Below are positions 17,005 to 31,643 of a stretch of DNA of 64,000 nucleotides, piece by piece. Made by a program: the position numbers and the translations under genes. The notes beneath the pieces were generated by a model. It was not told the DNA's origin. It made no database searches and saw only the letters and a list, made by a program, of their open reading frames with translations. Origin of the DNA: Microbotryum violaceum (lineage: Eukaryota); assembly GCA_001244265.2 (NCBI GenBank), contig CDLV01000004.1:3720001-3784000 (forward strand), written 5' to 3'. How positions within the stretch are numbered: the first letter of the stretch is position 1; every line of letters starts with the position of its first letter.

Positions 17005-20000
17005 ATGGCGCGTGGCAAGAACTCCAAGAACTCCACCGCCCAACCAGCGCCACCATCGGCACCAGAGGAAAGGGAGGACAGCTCGGACGATGAACAGGAG
17101 GTTGCAACGATGCCAAGGGGCATGAAGCTCAGCGCGCCCAAGCTTGCAAACGGCACGAAACTCACTCTCTCCTCAATCCGCGCATTCCTCAACGACATGG
17201 ACAACATGTTCTTCCAGTACCAAGTGAAGAACATGCGACTAAAGATAATGTTCATCGCCAACCACATTGAACACGAGGCGCTCGAGGATTGGCTGGTGAC
17301 GGCGACGGAGGAATGCACGTGGGACGAGCTTAAGGTCGCCTTTATCCGCAAGGCACTACCCTTGGATTTCGCCTTCACGACAGAGCAGCGTATTCGCCAC
17401 AGCCACCAAGGCAACCACGACTACGCGACGTGGGCTTCGGGACTTCGGGCCTCACAGCTGCAGCTCGGCCAGACCGCCCTCAGCGACATTGAGTTCATCA
17501 AGATCCTACTGTTCAACATGGACCCTCAATTGAGCGTTGTTCTACGACAGAACGACCTTCTGTTGGGTACTGGCCTACACCAAGATGATTTAGACTACGT
17601 GGCGGCTTCAAAGGCGGCGCTCCCCAAGCTCAAGACATTATCTTACGAGGTGTTCGAGCGATTGGCAAGATCCCAATGGAATGTGATCATAGCGGTTCGT
17701 CCTGTAGCAACTCCCCGAACGCAAACCTCGACTACGAGCCCAAAGACCAGCTCTGGCCGACCTTTCGTGACCTCGGCGACCACTCGACGCAGGCCGACGA
17801 GACTCACGGACCCGATGAAGGATTATCTCTCGGAGAAGGAGGGATGCTTTAGCTGCAGACGCATCAACACGGATCACCGCGCGAGCGACTGTACAGCCAA
17901 TTGGCAGCAGGCACCGGATGTCCCGGAGGGGTGGGCCGAATTCGAAAAGAAGACGGCGAAAGCGGCTAAGAACGACACCCTCCATCAAATTGCGGAAAAC
18001 TCAGAAGACGACATCTCAACGGACGAAGAAAACGAGTACGCCCCTCAGTTCATCTCCACCATTCCCATCACTCTGCACAACAACACGAAGTCAAAGACGT
18101 TGCAGGCACTTGCTGACTCTGGGGCCTCTTCCTCCTTTATCGCAGATAAGGTGGTTGAGAAACTGGGGTTAGTTATGCATCGTCTCCCTGTTCCTACATT
18201 GGTCAAAACTGCAATCAAAGGCCAAGCACGCGCGTTTCATGTTACCTCGTTTGTAAAGATTCCGATCACGCTCGAGAATGGCGCATGGGAAGCGGGACAC
18301 ACGATTCTGAAGGTGGCTAAACTGCAGGAGCCCTTGGAAGTGGTACTGGGGTTCAACTTCCTTGTAAAACACAAGGTTACCATCGACTTCGCGGCACACA
18401 AGATCCTGGTGCCACATCCGACCATGCCTGACGTAAAGATCGACCTTCTTGCGCCGGTCTTCGGACCCCACCCCCAGCGAGCCGCGGCGAGGAATGCCAA
18501 ACGAAGCGATAAAGCTCGGATCAACTGGCGTGCAGTGATTGCCTACATCGACGGGGTCCAGCAAAGGGAAACGGAGTTGACGGAGTTGCGACGGCGGGAG
18601 GCAAAGCTACGGGTCGAGTTCGCGGATCGGTTCCCGGGGGATATTCCTCCGGTTTCAACGTATGAATCACCGGTCCGACACCGAATCGAGCTGAAGGACG
18701 GAGCAACAAAACCGAACTTGAAGGGTTATCGAGCGGCACACCGTTACCGGGAAGCCTGGAAGCGCCTGATTGATCAGCACGTCGCCAATGGCCGCCTTCG
18801 AAAGTCGTCATCAGAGTTCGCGTCCCCGGCGTTTGTCATCCCAAAGAAAGGTATGGATAAGGACCCGTCAATCCAACCACGCATGGTCTGTGACTACCGA
18901 GTACTCAACGAAGGGACGGTCCGAGATCGCACACCTCTACCACTTCCGGACGAGATTCTGTCGGTCTGCTCAAACGCGCGATTCTGGGGGAAGATTGACA
19001 TGACAAACTCCTTCTTCCAAACCAAGATGGCCGAGGAAGACATCCGGAAGACGGCGATTGTGACACGTGGGGATTGTACGAGTGGACGGTAATGCCAATG
19101 GGACTCTGCAACGTCCCGGCAACGCATCAGCGCCGAGTCAACGAGGCACTCGGAGACCTTATCGGGAGCGTGTGTTTCGTGTACCTCGATGACATCACAA
19201 TCTTTGCCGACACCTTGGAGGAACATGAACGACGGGTGCGACTAGTCCTGGAGGCGCTGAGACGGGCGGATCTGTACGTATCGCCGAAGAAGACGGAACT
19301 GTTTGCTGCCGAGTGCTTTTTCCTCGGCCACCAGATCACTCGGGAAGGCATCAAGGTCGATCCTGACAAGGTGGAGCGGATCCAACAGTGGCCGCGACCA
19401 AGGACGGTGAAGCAATTGCGGGGATTCCTAGGTCTGGTGCAGTATCTGCGGAAGTTCATCGACAAGCTTGCAGATTTGACGGCGGTTTTAGTACCGCTGA
19501 CACGGAAAGGGGTGCATGTCGACGAAGGCTGGACGGGAGAGCACGACAAGGCGTTTGAGGCAATCAAGTCCTTGGTGGGCAACCTTCCTTCTCTACATCC
19601 CATTGACCATTCCGACAAGGGCGACCCATTATGGCTGATGACGGACGCGAGCAATCGCAATCGGGGAATCGGGGCGGCACTCAGTCAAGGAAAGCAATGG
19701 CAGACGGCCATGCCGGCAGGCTATTGGTCACGACAGTACAACCCAGCGGAAGGCAACTATGCAGCCCACGAGATGGAATTGCTTGCAATTGTGGACGCCC
19801 TTCATCACTGGCGGGCGGACCTTTTGGGTGTTCGATTCAAGATCCTCACAGACCACCACTCCTTGGCGGGCTTCATGAAGCAACCAAGCCTTTCACGACA
19901 ACAAGCTCAATGGACCGAACGACTGGCCGATTACGACTTCGAGATTGTATATGTACGAGGTCCAGAGAACACAGTGGCTGATGCATTGAGTCGTTACTCT

Positions 20001-21566
20001 TTCCCGGAGGAACCCACAGCCGGCCGCCAGGCGAGCGACAATGTCAACGTGCTGGCGGAGGCAACTCTCGATCCTGCCTTCCTTTGCAAACTCAGGGACG
20101 GTTACCGCAAGGACCCGCAATGTCAACAAGCTATCAAGAACATTGACTCAACACCAGGCTACTCAGTCGACAATGGAATCGCACGGTTCGAAGGACGGAT
20201 CCTCCTGCCAAAGACGGCGAACTTTTGGGAGGACGCGCTACATGACGCGCATGATGCCGCAGGCCATTTTGGACTACACAAGACGTATGAACACCTACGC
20301 CGCAACTTTATCTGGTTGGGAATGAAGGATGCATGCAAAGATTACGTTGAGTCCTGTGCTGCTTGTCAGACAATGAAGATGCATGGCACCGGTTTTGCCG
20401 GTCGGATCCACAATTTGAATGTGCCTGACCGGCCAATGCGGGAAGTTGGCCTAGACTTTGTCGGGCCACTTGTACCTAGCAATGGTAATGACGCACTGCT
20501 TACGGTAACAGATCGCCTTTCAGGCTACGTTCGCCTCATCCCCTGCCGCACGACGGACGACGCGACTACCACGGCGGACCGGTTCTTTGAGGGGTGGCAT
20601 TGACACTTCGGCATGCCACGAGTGCTGGTCTCCGACCGCGACAAGCTCTTCACAAGCGAGTTCTGGCGAGCGTACATGGGCCAGCTGGGAACGAAACTGG
20701 CAACATCGACGTCTTTCCACCCACAAACGGATGGCCGAAGCGAGCGAACAAATCGGACCGTGATCCAAGTCCTGCGAACAATGGTCAACCGACGGCAAAA
20801 TGACTGGTCAAAGCACTTGGCTACGGTGGAGTTTGTGATCAACTCCAGTATGAACAGGTCGACGGGGAAGACACCATTTGAAGTGGTACTCGGGTTCACG
20901 CCAGAGCTGACACCGATCACCCCAGTGGAAGGCTCAACCACATCACAGGCAGTCAAATCCATCGTGGAACAACGTGAAGCAGCGGTTGCGGAAGCCCGAG
21001 ACAATTTGGCAATTGCAAAGATCCGACAGGCCAACCAGAGCAACAAGGCGAGGAAACCGGAGCCCGGGTTTGCAGTTGGCGACATGGTCTTAGTCGACTC
21101 GCGGGATCGACGACTGCGGTACAAGGCCGATGGGGAAGCACGGTCAGCCAAACTCTTTCCCCGGTTTGACGGCCCCTATGAAGTCCTAGCAGCACGACCC
21201 GAAACCTCAAATTACAAGCTGAAGCTCAAGGCGGGGGACAAGTCGCACAACGTCTTCCACGCCTCCAAGCTCCGACGCTGGGTAAAGAACAATGGGGTGG
21301 TGTTCCCAGGACGAGAGGCAACGGAACCAGCGGCCATTATCGTCCAAGGAAACGAGGAGTGGGAGGTAGAACGGATTGTGGACGAAAAGGGGAAGGGGTC
21401 AAGGAAGAGGTTCTTGGTGAAATGGAAGGGGTGGGCAGACAGCGACAACACATGGGAGCCATGCTCACACCTGGAAGACACCGCAGCGTTGGAAGAGTGG
21501 GAGAGTGGGAAGGCGGGGGGAGGACAAGGCAAGGAGGGAGGGGAGTTTGGTTTAGGTGGTGGAGAG

Positions 21567-21593
<27 letters not shown>
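17005..21593 (+). pseudogene. Gypsy B gag-pol polyprotein with one frameshift (about 19066) and one nonsense codon (20601-20603)
   Basis: [17 protein letters not shown] knuckle, LADSGAS protease, YLDD, TDAS, LDFVGP, FDGPY and WEVERIVD...FLVKWKGW chromodomain. The defects are evident by comparison with the copy at 26951-30283. Confidence 0.93.
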
Positions 21594-23244
<1,651 letters not shown>

Positions 23245-23257
23245 TCAAAAAAAAAAT

Positions 23258-23500
23258 TGGAAGCACCGCGTGCAGCGGTGCTCCAGAACGATAGACAGGA
23301 TCAAACAATAGTAATTCACTAGAACCTCGGGTCAGTGAGCTCGCATACTACACATATGAGAAAAGGGGCACCCACCTAGAACCTCGGGTCAGTGAGCTGG
23401 CGAAAGCCAAGGGAGGTTCTAGGCGCGCGCAAGCTATTCAATTAAGCCAAAAGTTCTATCGCCTTCCATTGTACCTCGGGCAAAGGCCTCAGGCCTTGCA
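23258..23500 (-). repeat. 5' LTR of Gypsy A (243 bp, including a 57-bp internal addition)
   Basis: Matches 10885-11070 plus a 23-bp duplication surrounding 34 unrelated bases. Confidence 0.93.
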
Positions 23501-26500
23501 CCACCCAGACTGGACCACCCCTAACCACTTTCAACTCTTGCCTACCGATGTCTCGGCTTGACTGGCATGGAAGCACGGGGGGGGGGGGGGGGGGGGGGGT
23601 CAGAACCCAATCATATCTCTGATTCTCTCCAATCCTATTTACTTCTCATGCCACTATTTCACTTCTACTTTGCACTCCCTCTTTAGCCTATTCCCACTAC
23701 GCCGGATCCCAGCGCCTGATTGAGACTCGGTTGACACATTGGCTTGGGTTGAAGTCGCGCGCCTCGCGGGCACTCGTCTCTCTTCCTTCTTCATCCATCT
23801 TCCATCCTCAATCTTGTGCTCGTACTCAACCCCTTGAGTCGGGATCCAGACTTCTAATACTGGCGAAGGCCCGGTTTGCGCGCCAGTTGAGTCGGCGCGC
23901 CGCGCACTTGCGCCTTGCTCCCAAAATTTGACCAAGTTCCACTCTGTCTGTAGGCGCAAGAGGCGCATTTCCTTCTTACGTCGCCGCACAGCGACTACTG
24001 CAATCTACGACACTCGGTTGAGGATGTTTTACGATCGGATCTTGGGCAGGTGCTATTTTGAGAAATGGAGATCACACCGGCATGGAATATCCAGAATGTT
24101 GTGGACATCTGGAACAACCAGTTGACTGTAACTTGTGAGCATGTGATCGCTTTGGGAGGGTATTTAGCATCAAAATTCTACGTGATCCGAGAACACCTCA
24201 GAGTCGCGGGAAGGGGAAAGGGAGGGCGGCGCAAATGGATCTGTCAGAATAGCCGCAGTCATGAGTTTGCTCAATTGAATCATCAGTATAGCTTCAGTTC
24301 TGGTAGGAGAATATTTTGCAATACTGCAAACATTGTCGAGAGCAAATCATGTCTTTATGTATCTAGTGCAGGTCGAGTACTTGATATACTGATACCTAGA
24401 GTTGGTAATAGGAAGAATAGCAACCAAGGTCTTGACATTGTTACACCTCACCACAGCACTCCTCCAAATCTTAAGTGTCAACTTCATCAAACAGTGCCAA
24501 TTTGAGTGCCATTTTGTACCATTTTGCGCACTTTAGCGGTTTAGCGGCTCGATATTTATTTGGTGGCATTTAGCAAAGTGGCAAAGTTGCTGATGAAGAG
24601 GAGTGAGGTCGTTGGTCCTAAGCCGTGCCATTATGAGTAGAACGGAAGGATGTATATACATATAATGAGATAATGATTGTGGCTAGTGACATTTGTGAGA
24701 ACACTTGGTGATGTGCTACTAGCTTTGTTAGGACAGGTCCACGGAAAGGCAGTCAATGATTTTCCTTGTCCGAGTTGCTGAGGCAGGAAATACGGCGAGG
24801 AATGTTATACAAGGTGTCTCACCCCATAGAGGCACATCCAGCAGCTTTGAGATGATTGATCGTCTTAGTCATTGTATTGCAGCCTAGGGTGTGGGGGGGC
24901 CCGGGGAGGGGGGCGGATTACTCCGTCCGGGTCCGGACGATGGCCGCGGCTGGGACGAGAGCCGGGGGTGCAGGCACGTTTTCCAACTACATGAGATCCG
25001 GGTGAGAGTGGGTCTTACCAAGGGTGGACGTACTTGGTGGTCATGTAAAAGGCCTCGTCAAATTTCAGGGTGATACATGGCATACTACACAAGATACAGC
25101 GGATTGCCCCGCTACGTGGTAGATGCACCGTCCTTAATTGGTAAACGCACCTTTCTTCCGGAGCAAATGCACCAAACTTGCGCAAAGAATGCACCATTTG
25201 TAAGTGAACTGTGTACCTTACTACCTGGGTAGATGTGTCAAGCTTCGGGGGTAAGCGCGCCCGCATAATTGGTAATTGCACCATTTGCTCGCGGCATTAA
25301 CCCACCTTCCTAGTCGCATCTAATGGGGGACCCTGGGCGAGCCCCAGGGCCCAGCCTGTAAAATGCGCCGGACTTAACCAGTTTGGACAAGTTCGGAGTC
25401 AGTCTTCGCACTTCGGCCGAAACCACTGCACACGTGAACTGGGTCGTTAATTTTATCGGAGTCAGGGAGTGAACTTTGCCTATCATCATCAACTTCTTTT
25501 GGAAGCTTAGTTGCTAACTCGACTTATCAATCCGAATTGGGTCGCCAGCTGTTTCCCGAAAAGCCGTTCCGATCGAGAAGTCCGACTTGTGAGCAGGGAG
25601 CTTTGTTGCACTTGTCACGGCCTGTCGCATGCTGCTCACAACTCTATCATCCAATCACCAACCATTTCATCACCCTTCGCCTCTCTAATATTTGTTCACG
25701 ATTCACGTGCACTCAGACAGATCGTAGTCATGGCTTCGATTTGTCCGATACTATAGTCTGGGTCGTCTCTGATTCAATCGCGTGCGTTCGATCTGCATGA
25801 GCATAGCTATCACAATGAACAGCACGATTTAAGCGGTCAAACATGTTGGAGTGCACACCATAGGTGTCTCATCCCCTAGATGTTCTTCTCTGGTGTGTGC
25901 GGCTTGCTCGGCACGGTCACGCCTAGCCTCGCATCGTCGCACGGCAAGACCCCCCACCCCCACATCAATTGACAACAACCCACACGCTTGTTGTATGTAT
26001 ATCGATCAGGCGCTTTTGCTGATATGCAGATCCCAGAATAGTACATGTGAGCTATCTTGACTTTAGTCTCTGCGTTTATGCCGCTGCAAATTGATTAAAG
26101 CGCGGTGACTCGTCAGGAGTCATTCGCTCGGCGGCTCTGTCTGTCTCCAACGCTTCTTCAAATAGTAGTCAAAGGAGGCTGATATGGGCCTTTCGAGTAG
26201 TGCCTGGCCACGCAACAAGCACAATCGTCTTCTCATGCAAAGGGAGCAATCTACGTTAAAATAATTGAGCTATATGCTGCATAGTTTGTGGTCTTTCCCC
26301 TTTGTGGCTACGTAGATCGTGTGCAAGTCAAGGCGGTCCGAGCTCGGTGTGCCGGGTATCCCAATTGTCGTACGCGACGGCGCGTCGATAATTGGCTTTT
26401 GGCTTATCATGCTGGTAGGTATACTCGAAAGACAAGGTGGAGCAAATTTAATGTATTCACACTTTTTGCTCACCTGATATCATATCAAACGGCAGAGTGA

Positions 26501-26950
26501 ATCATGGGCCCGGAAGTCGAGATTTCAACGCGCCGTCAAAGCACCGACTCGCGCCGATCTCTTTGGGACTGAGGGACGCCATTATATGGACAAAAGTGAC
26601 TCGAGTCCCCAGCTTCGCATCATACTAGGACGCTTCAAGATCGTCTCCAAAGAATCGGCCACACTCTACGCTGGACAACGGTGGAATTCAGTGTATTGAT
26701 TTCGATGAGACTGGCATTTCCACACGCTCAAGAGTCAAATTCGCGCCTTCGATCACAAGCAGCAACTACCGACGGTCTAGGAGAGATTTGCAATATGTTT
26801 ACCCGTGAGCGTATTTCGAAGGAAGTCCCCAGGTGCTTTCTAGGATATGTTTGTAGACTTGACTGGTCTAACACGGCGCATATTTACATCAGATTTCCTC
26901 ATGGTGGCGAATGAAAAGGCGCAGCTACTTGGGGTGCCTGTCAACTAGGG

Positions 26951-29900
26951 TGTAATACACCCCGTTGGAGTGTACACCTGAGCGGCGACGACAAGGATCA
27001 CAGGACCAAAGTATGTAGAATTGACACTGGACACTCGTATCAGTCGCTAGTATGACAATGCCTTCTGATCCACCTTGTGCTCACCTGGACACTCGTATCA
27101 GTCGCTGGAGAGAGACTAAGAGTGCCCAGGCGCGCGTCCCCTCCTCCTAAGGCCCAGGCGCACGGGCCTTACACTCTCCTCCCTCCTTACACCCTCCCCT
27201 CCTTGCCTTGTCCTCCCCCTACCTTCCCCCTCTCCCACTCTTCCAACGCCGCGGTGTCCTCCAGGTGTGAGCACGGCTCCCATGTGTTGTCGCTGTCTGC
27301 CCACCCCGTCCATTTCACCAAGAACCTCTTCCTTGACCCCTTTCCCTTTTTGTCCACAATCCGTTCTACCTCCCACTCCTCGTTTCCTTGGACAATAATG
27401 GCCGCTGGTTCCGTTGCCTCTCGTCCTGGGAACACCACCCCATTGTTCTTTACCCAGTGTCGGAGCTTGGAGGCGTGGAAGACGTTGTGCGACTTGTCCC
27501 CCACCTTGAGCTTCAGCTTGTAATTTGAGGTTTCGGGTCGTGCTGCTAGGACTTCGTAGGGGCCGTCAAACCGGGGAAAGAGTTTGGCTGACCGTGCTTC
27601 CCCATCGGCCTTGTACCGCAGTCGTCAATCCCGCGAGTCGCCTAAGACCATGTCGCCAACTGCAAACCCGGGCTCCGGTTTCCTTGCCTTGTTGCTCTGG
27701 TTGGCCTGCCGGATCTTTGCAATTGCCAAATTGTCTCGGGCTTCCGCAACTGCTGCTTCACGTTGTTCCACGGTGGATTTGACTGCCTGTGATGTGGTTG
27801 AGCCTTCCACTGGGGTGATCGGTGTCAGCTCCGGCGTGAACCCGAGTACCACTTCAAATGGTGTCTTCCCCGTCGACCTGTTCATACTGGAGTTGATCAC
27901 AAACTCCACCATAGCCAAGTACTTTGACCAGTCGTTTTGCCGTCGGTTGACCATTGTTCGCAGGACTTGGATCACAGTCCGATTTGTTCGCTCGCTTTGG
28001 CCGTCCGTTTGCGGGTGGAAAGCCGTCAATGTTGCCAGTTTCGTTCCCAGCTGGCCCATGTACGCTCGCCAGAACTCGCTTGTGAAGAGCTTGCCGAGAC
28101 CAGCACTTGTGGCATGCCAAAGTGTCGATGCCACCCCTTGAAGAACCGGTCCGCGATTGTAGTCGCGTCGTCCGTTGTGCGGCAAGGGATGAGGCGATCT
28201 GTTACCGTAAGCAGTGCGTCATTACCGTTGCTAGGTACAAGTGGCCCAACACAGTCTAGGCCAACTTCCCGCATTGGCCGGTCAGGCACATTCAAATTGT
28301 GGATCCGACCGGCGAAACCGGTGCCATGCATCTTCATTGTCTGACAAGCAGCACAGAACTCAACGTAATCTTTGCACGCATCCTTCATTCCCGACCAGAT
28401 AAAGTTGCGGCGCAGGTGTTCATACGTCTTGTGTAGTCCAAAATGGCCTGCGGCATCATGCGCGTCATGTAGCGCGTCCTCCCAAAAGTTCCCCGTCTTT
28501 GGCAGGAGGATCCGTCCCTCGAACCGTGCGATTCCATTGTCTACTGAGTAGCCTGGTGTTGAGTCGATGTTCTTGATAGCTTGTTGATATTGCGGGTCCT
28601 TGCGGTAACCGTCCCTGAGTTTGCGAAGGAAGGCCGGATCGAGAGTCGCCTCCGCCAGCACGTTGACAGCGTCGCTCGCATGGCGGCCAGCTGTGGGTTC
28701 CTCCGGGAAAGAGCAACGACTCAATGCATCAGCCACTGTGTTCTCTGGACCTCGTACATATAAAATCTCAAAGTCGTACTCGGCCAGTCGTTCGGTTCAT
28801 CGAGCTTGCCGTCGTGAAAGGCTTGGCTGCTTCATGAAGCCCGCCAAGGAGTGGTGGTCTGTGAGGATCTTGAATCGAACACCCAAAAGGTCCGCCCGCC
28901 AGTGATGAAGGGTGTCCACAATTGCAAGCAATTCCATCTCGTGTGCTGCATAGTTGCCTTCCGCTGGGTTGTACTGTCGTGACCAATAGCCTGCCGGCAT
29001 GGCCGTCTGCCATTCCTTTCCTCGACTGAGTGCCGCCCCAATTCCCCGATTGCGATTGCTCGCGTCCGTCATCAGCCATAATGGGTCGCCCTTGTCGGAA
29101 TGGTCAATCCGTCATCAGCCACAATGGGTCGCCCTTGTCGGAATGGTCAATGGGATGTAGCGAAGGAAGTTTCCCAACCAAGGACTTGATCGCCTCAAAT
29201 ACCTTGTTGTGCTCTCCCGTCCAGCCTTCGTCGACATGCACCCCTTTCCGTGTCAGCGGGACTAAAACCGCCGTCAAGTCTGCAAGCTTGTCGATGAACT
29301 TCCGCAGATACTGCACCAGACCCAGGAATCCCCGCAATTGCTTCACCGTCCTTGGTCGCGGCCACTGTTGGATTCGCTCCACCTTGTTGGGGTCGACCTT
29401 GATGCCTTCCCGAGTGATCTGGTGGCCGAGGAAAAAGCACTCGGCAGCAAACAGTTCCGTCTTCTTCGGCGATACGTACAGATCCGCCCGTCTCAGCGCC
29501 TCCAGGACTAGTCGCACCCGTCGTTCATGTTCCTCCAAGGCGTCGGCAAAGATTGTGATGTCGTCAAGGTACATGAAACACACACTCCCGATAAGGTCTG
29601 CGAGTGCCTCGTTGACTCGGCGCTGATGCGTTGCTGGCGCGTTGCAGAGTCCCATTGGCATTACCGTCGACTCGTACAATCCCCACGGTCTCACGATTGC
29701 CGTCTTCGGGATGTCGACCTCGGCCATCTTGGTTTGGAAGAAGGAGTTTGTCATGTCGATCTTCCCCCAGAATCGCGCATTTGAGCAGACCGACAGAATC
29801 TCGTCCGGAAGTGGTAGAAGTGTGCGATCGCGGACCGTCCCTTTGTTGAGTACTCGGTAGTCACAGACCATGCGTGGTTAGATCGACGGGTCCTTATCCA

Positions 29901-30283
29901 TACCTTTCTTTTGGATGACAAACGCCGGGGACGCGAACTCTGATGACGACTTTCGAAGGCGGCCGTTGGCGACGTGCTGATCAATCAGGCACTTCCAGGC
30001 TTCTCGGTAACGGTGTGCCGCTCAATAACCCTTCAAGTTCGGTTTTGTTGCTCCGTCCTTCAGCTCAATTCAGTGTTGGACCGGTGATTCATACGTCAAA
30101 ACCGGAGGAATATCCCCCGGGAACCGATCCGCAAACTCGACCCGTAGCTTTGCCTCCCGCCGTCGCAACTCCGCCAACGAGCGTGATCGGAATCTTTATG
30201 AACGAGGTAACATGAAATGCGCGTTCTTGGCCTTTGATTGCAGTTTTGACCAATGTAGGAACAGGGAGACGATGCACAACTAA
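26951..30283 (-). mobile_element. 5'-truncated, decayed second copy of Gypsy family B
   Basis: LTR at 26951-27173. The pol is near-identical to 18170-21560 but has stops, small deletions, an internal deletion of about 300 bp near 30178 and a 43-bp tandem duplication (29065-29150). Lacks gag and the 5' LTR. Confidence 0.93.
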
Positions 30284-31329
30284 AGGGTTCCGACAGCTTG
30301 TGCATGACCGAACCGGCAGGATTCGAGTTGAGCCGACATCGTCGAACTGCATTATAACCTAGGAAACCGGGGACATCAGCTGTTCTAGGCACGGAGAAAA
30401 AGAAAAAAAGACGAAACTAGCCGACAGTAGAACAGTCACCCGTTGCTTGGCGCGATGTACGTTTGGTGATGCCGCGGAACTCGGGTGCACATCACCCAAT
30501 TGTCCCCCGAAGCGGGTCCGTGCGCGCAGACGGAAGATTCGAGAGTGACCCGGCTGGCTCGGCCGCACCTCTATATTTTTCCTTATCGAACTCGTAGAAA
30601 GGCCCACTGCCACCCACACTTCGCCCCCGCCCTCCCCTTCGTGCAATGTCGCTGTCAATGGTCCGATTATAGAGTGATGGAGTTGGGTGAGTTGGTTCCT
30701 GCCTTGTTGCTGCGTTTGGATTAGCCCGGTGCGACCTCGTGCGACCGAACACCCCACTCGGCTCAGAGACTCGATTGGCTGACCCTCGCGCTCCTCGCGC
30801 TCCTCGCCCATAGTTAGATACCGATTGTAGTCCAATAAGAGAATCACTAGAGTACCGGTGAGGTTTCTGATCGCAACGTGACTTGACCATAGCCAAATAT
30901 GTTACGAATATACATAAGCTGAATAAGAGCGTTTTTCTTTTTTTGGTTTTTATCAAAAACCAAACGCAGTAAGAATCGAATATAATTTGTGCCCCAGTAA
31001 CTCCTAATTTACGCCCAAATAGTCCAGATGAAATTGAACCTCTACCCGCTGACCTTCGCTCTCCTCGCCCAACCCCTACCTCTACCCTCTATTGCCGATG
31101 TTGCCCTCATTTCGATCAGACGCCTAGGGCGACTACATATTGGCTCCATCCGGTCGCCCGCATCAACCTTTGTGTCTCACACTTTGTTCCAACATTGCCA
31201 TCGTCCCCACCCCTCTCGATCATCAGTTCACGCTTTCCTCGCTGTGTCTATCCGACAACCGGCCCAAGGAGCCTGCTAACATTCAGCAACACGACATCCC
31301 TTGATTCTTCTCACTTAGAACAACGTCTG

Positions 31330-31404
31330 TGTCATCGTCGTCATTGTCATCGTCGGCATTGTCATCGTCGGCATTGTCATCGTCGGCGTTGTCATCGTCG
31401 TCGT
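31330..31404. repeat. 15-bp minisatellite, about 5 copies
   Basis: Unit TGTCATCGTCG(T/G)C(A/G)T repeated in tandem downstream of the acyl-CoA oxidase gene. Confidence 0.85.
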
Positions 31405-31643
31405 TGTTGGATATCAAGTTACGGGTTGGCAGGTCACTGGGGATGGAAGGACAAGGACGGCACAACAGCTTAGAGAGCGGATGGTGGGATGCAACACTCC
31501 CATGGCATGGTTTCTGTGACTGGTTTGAATATTTTTGTTTGGTCGAGGTAGGTGACATCGCACACACCAGTGCGGGTGGCATTCAAGAAGCTTCCCCAGG
31601 CTGCACATTCCGTGCGCCGTCGGATGTTGCAATCTACCTAATT

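Noticed and set aside
19060-19092. Possible programmed frameshift in Gypsy B
   Set aside because: It falls within RT rather than at the gag-pol boundary, and the second copy is in frame here, so it is a mutation or sequencing error.
23577-23599. Long poly-G run as the PPT of the host Copia remnant
   Set aside because: No downstream TG...CA LTR matching sequence upstream of 9475 could be identified.
30284-30960. Possible additional LTR or short ORFs after the truncated B copy
   Set aside because: No paired termini, TSD or protein motif found.
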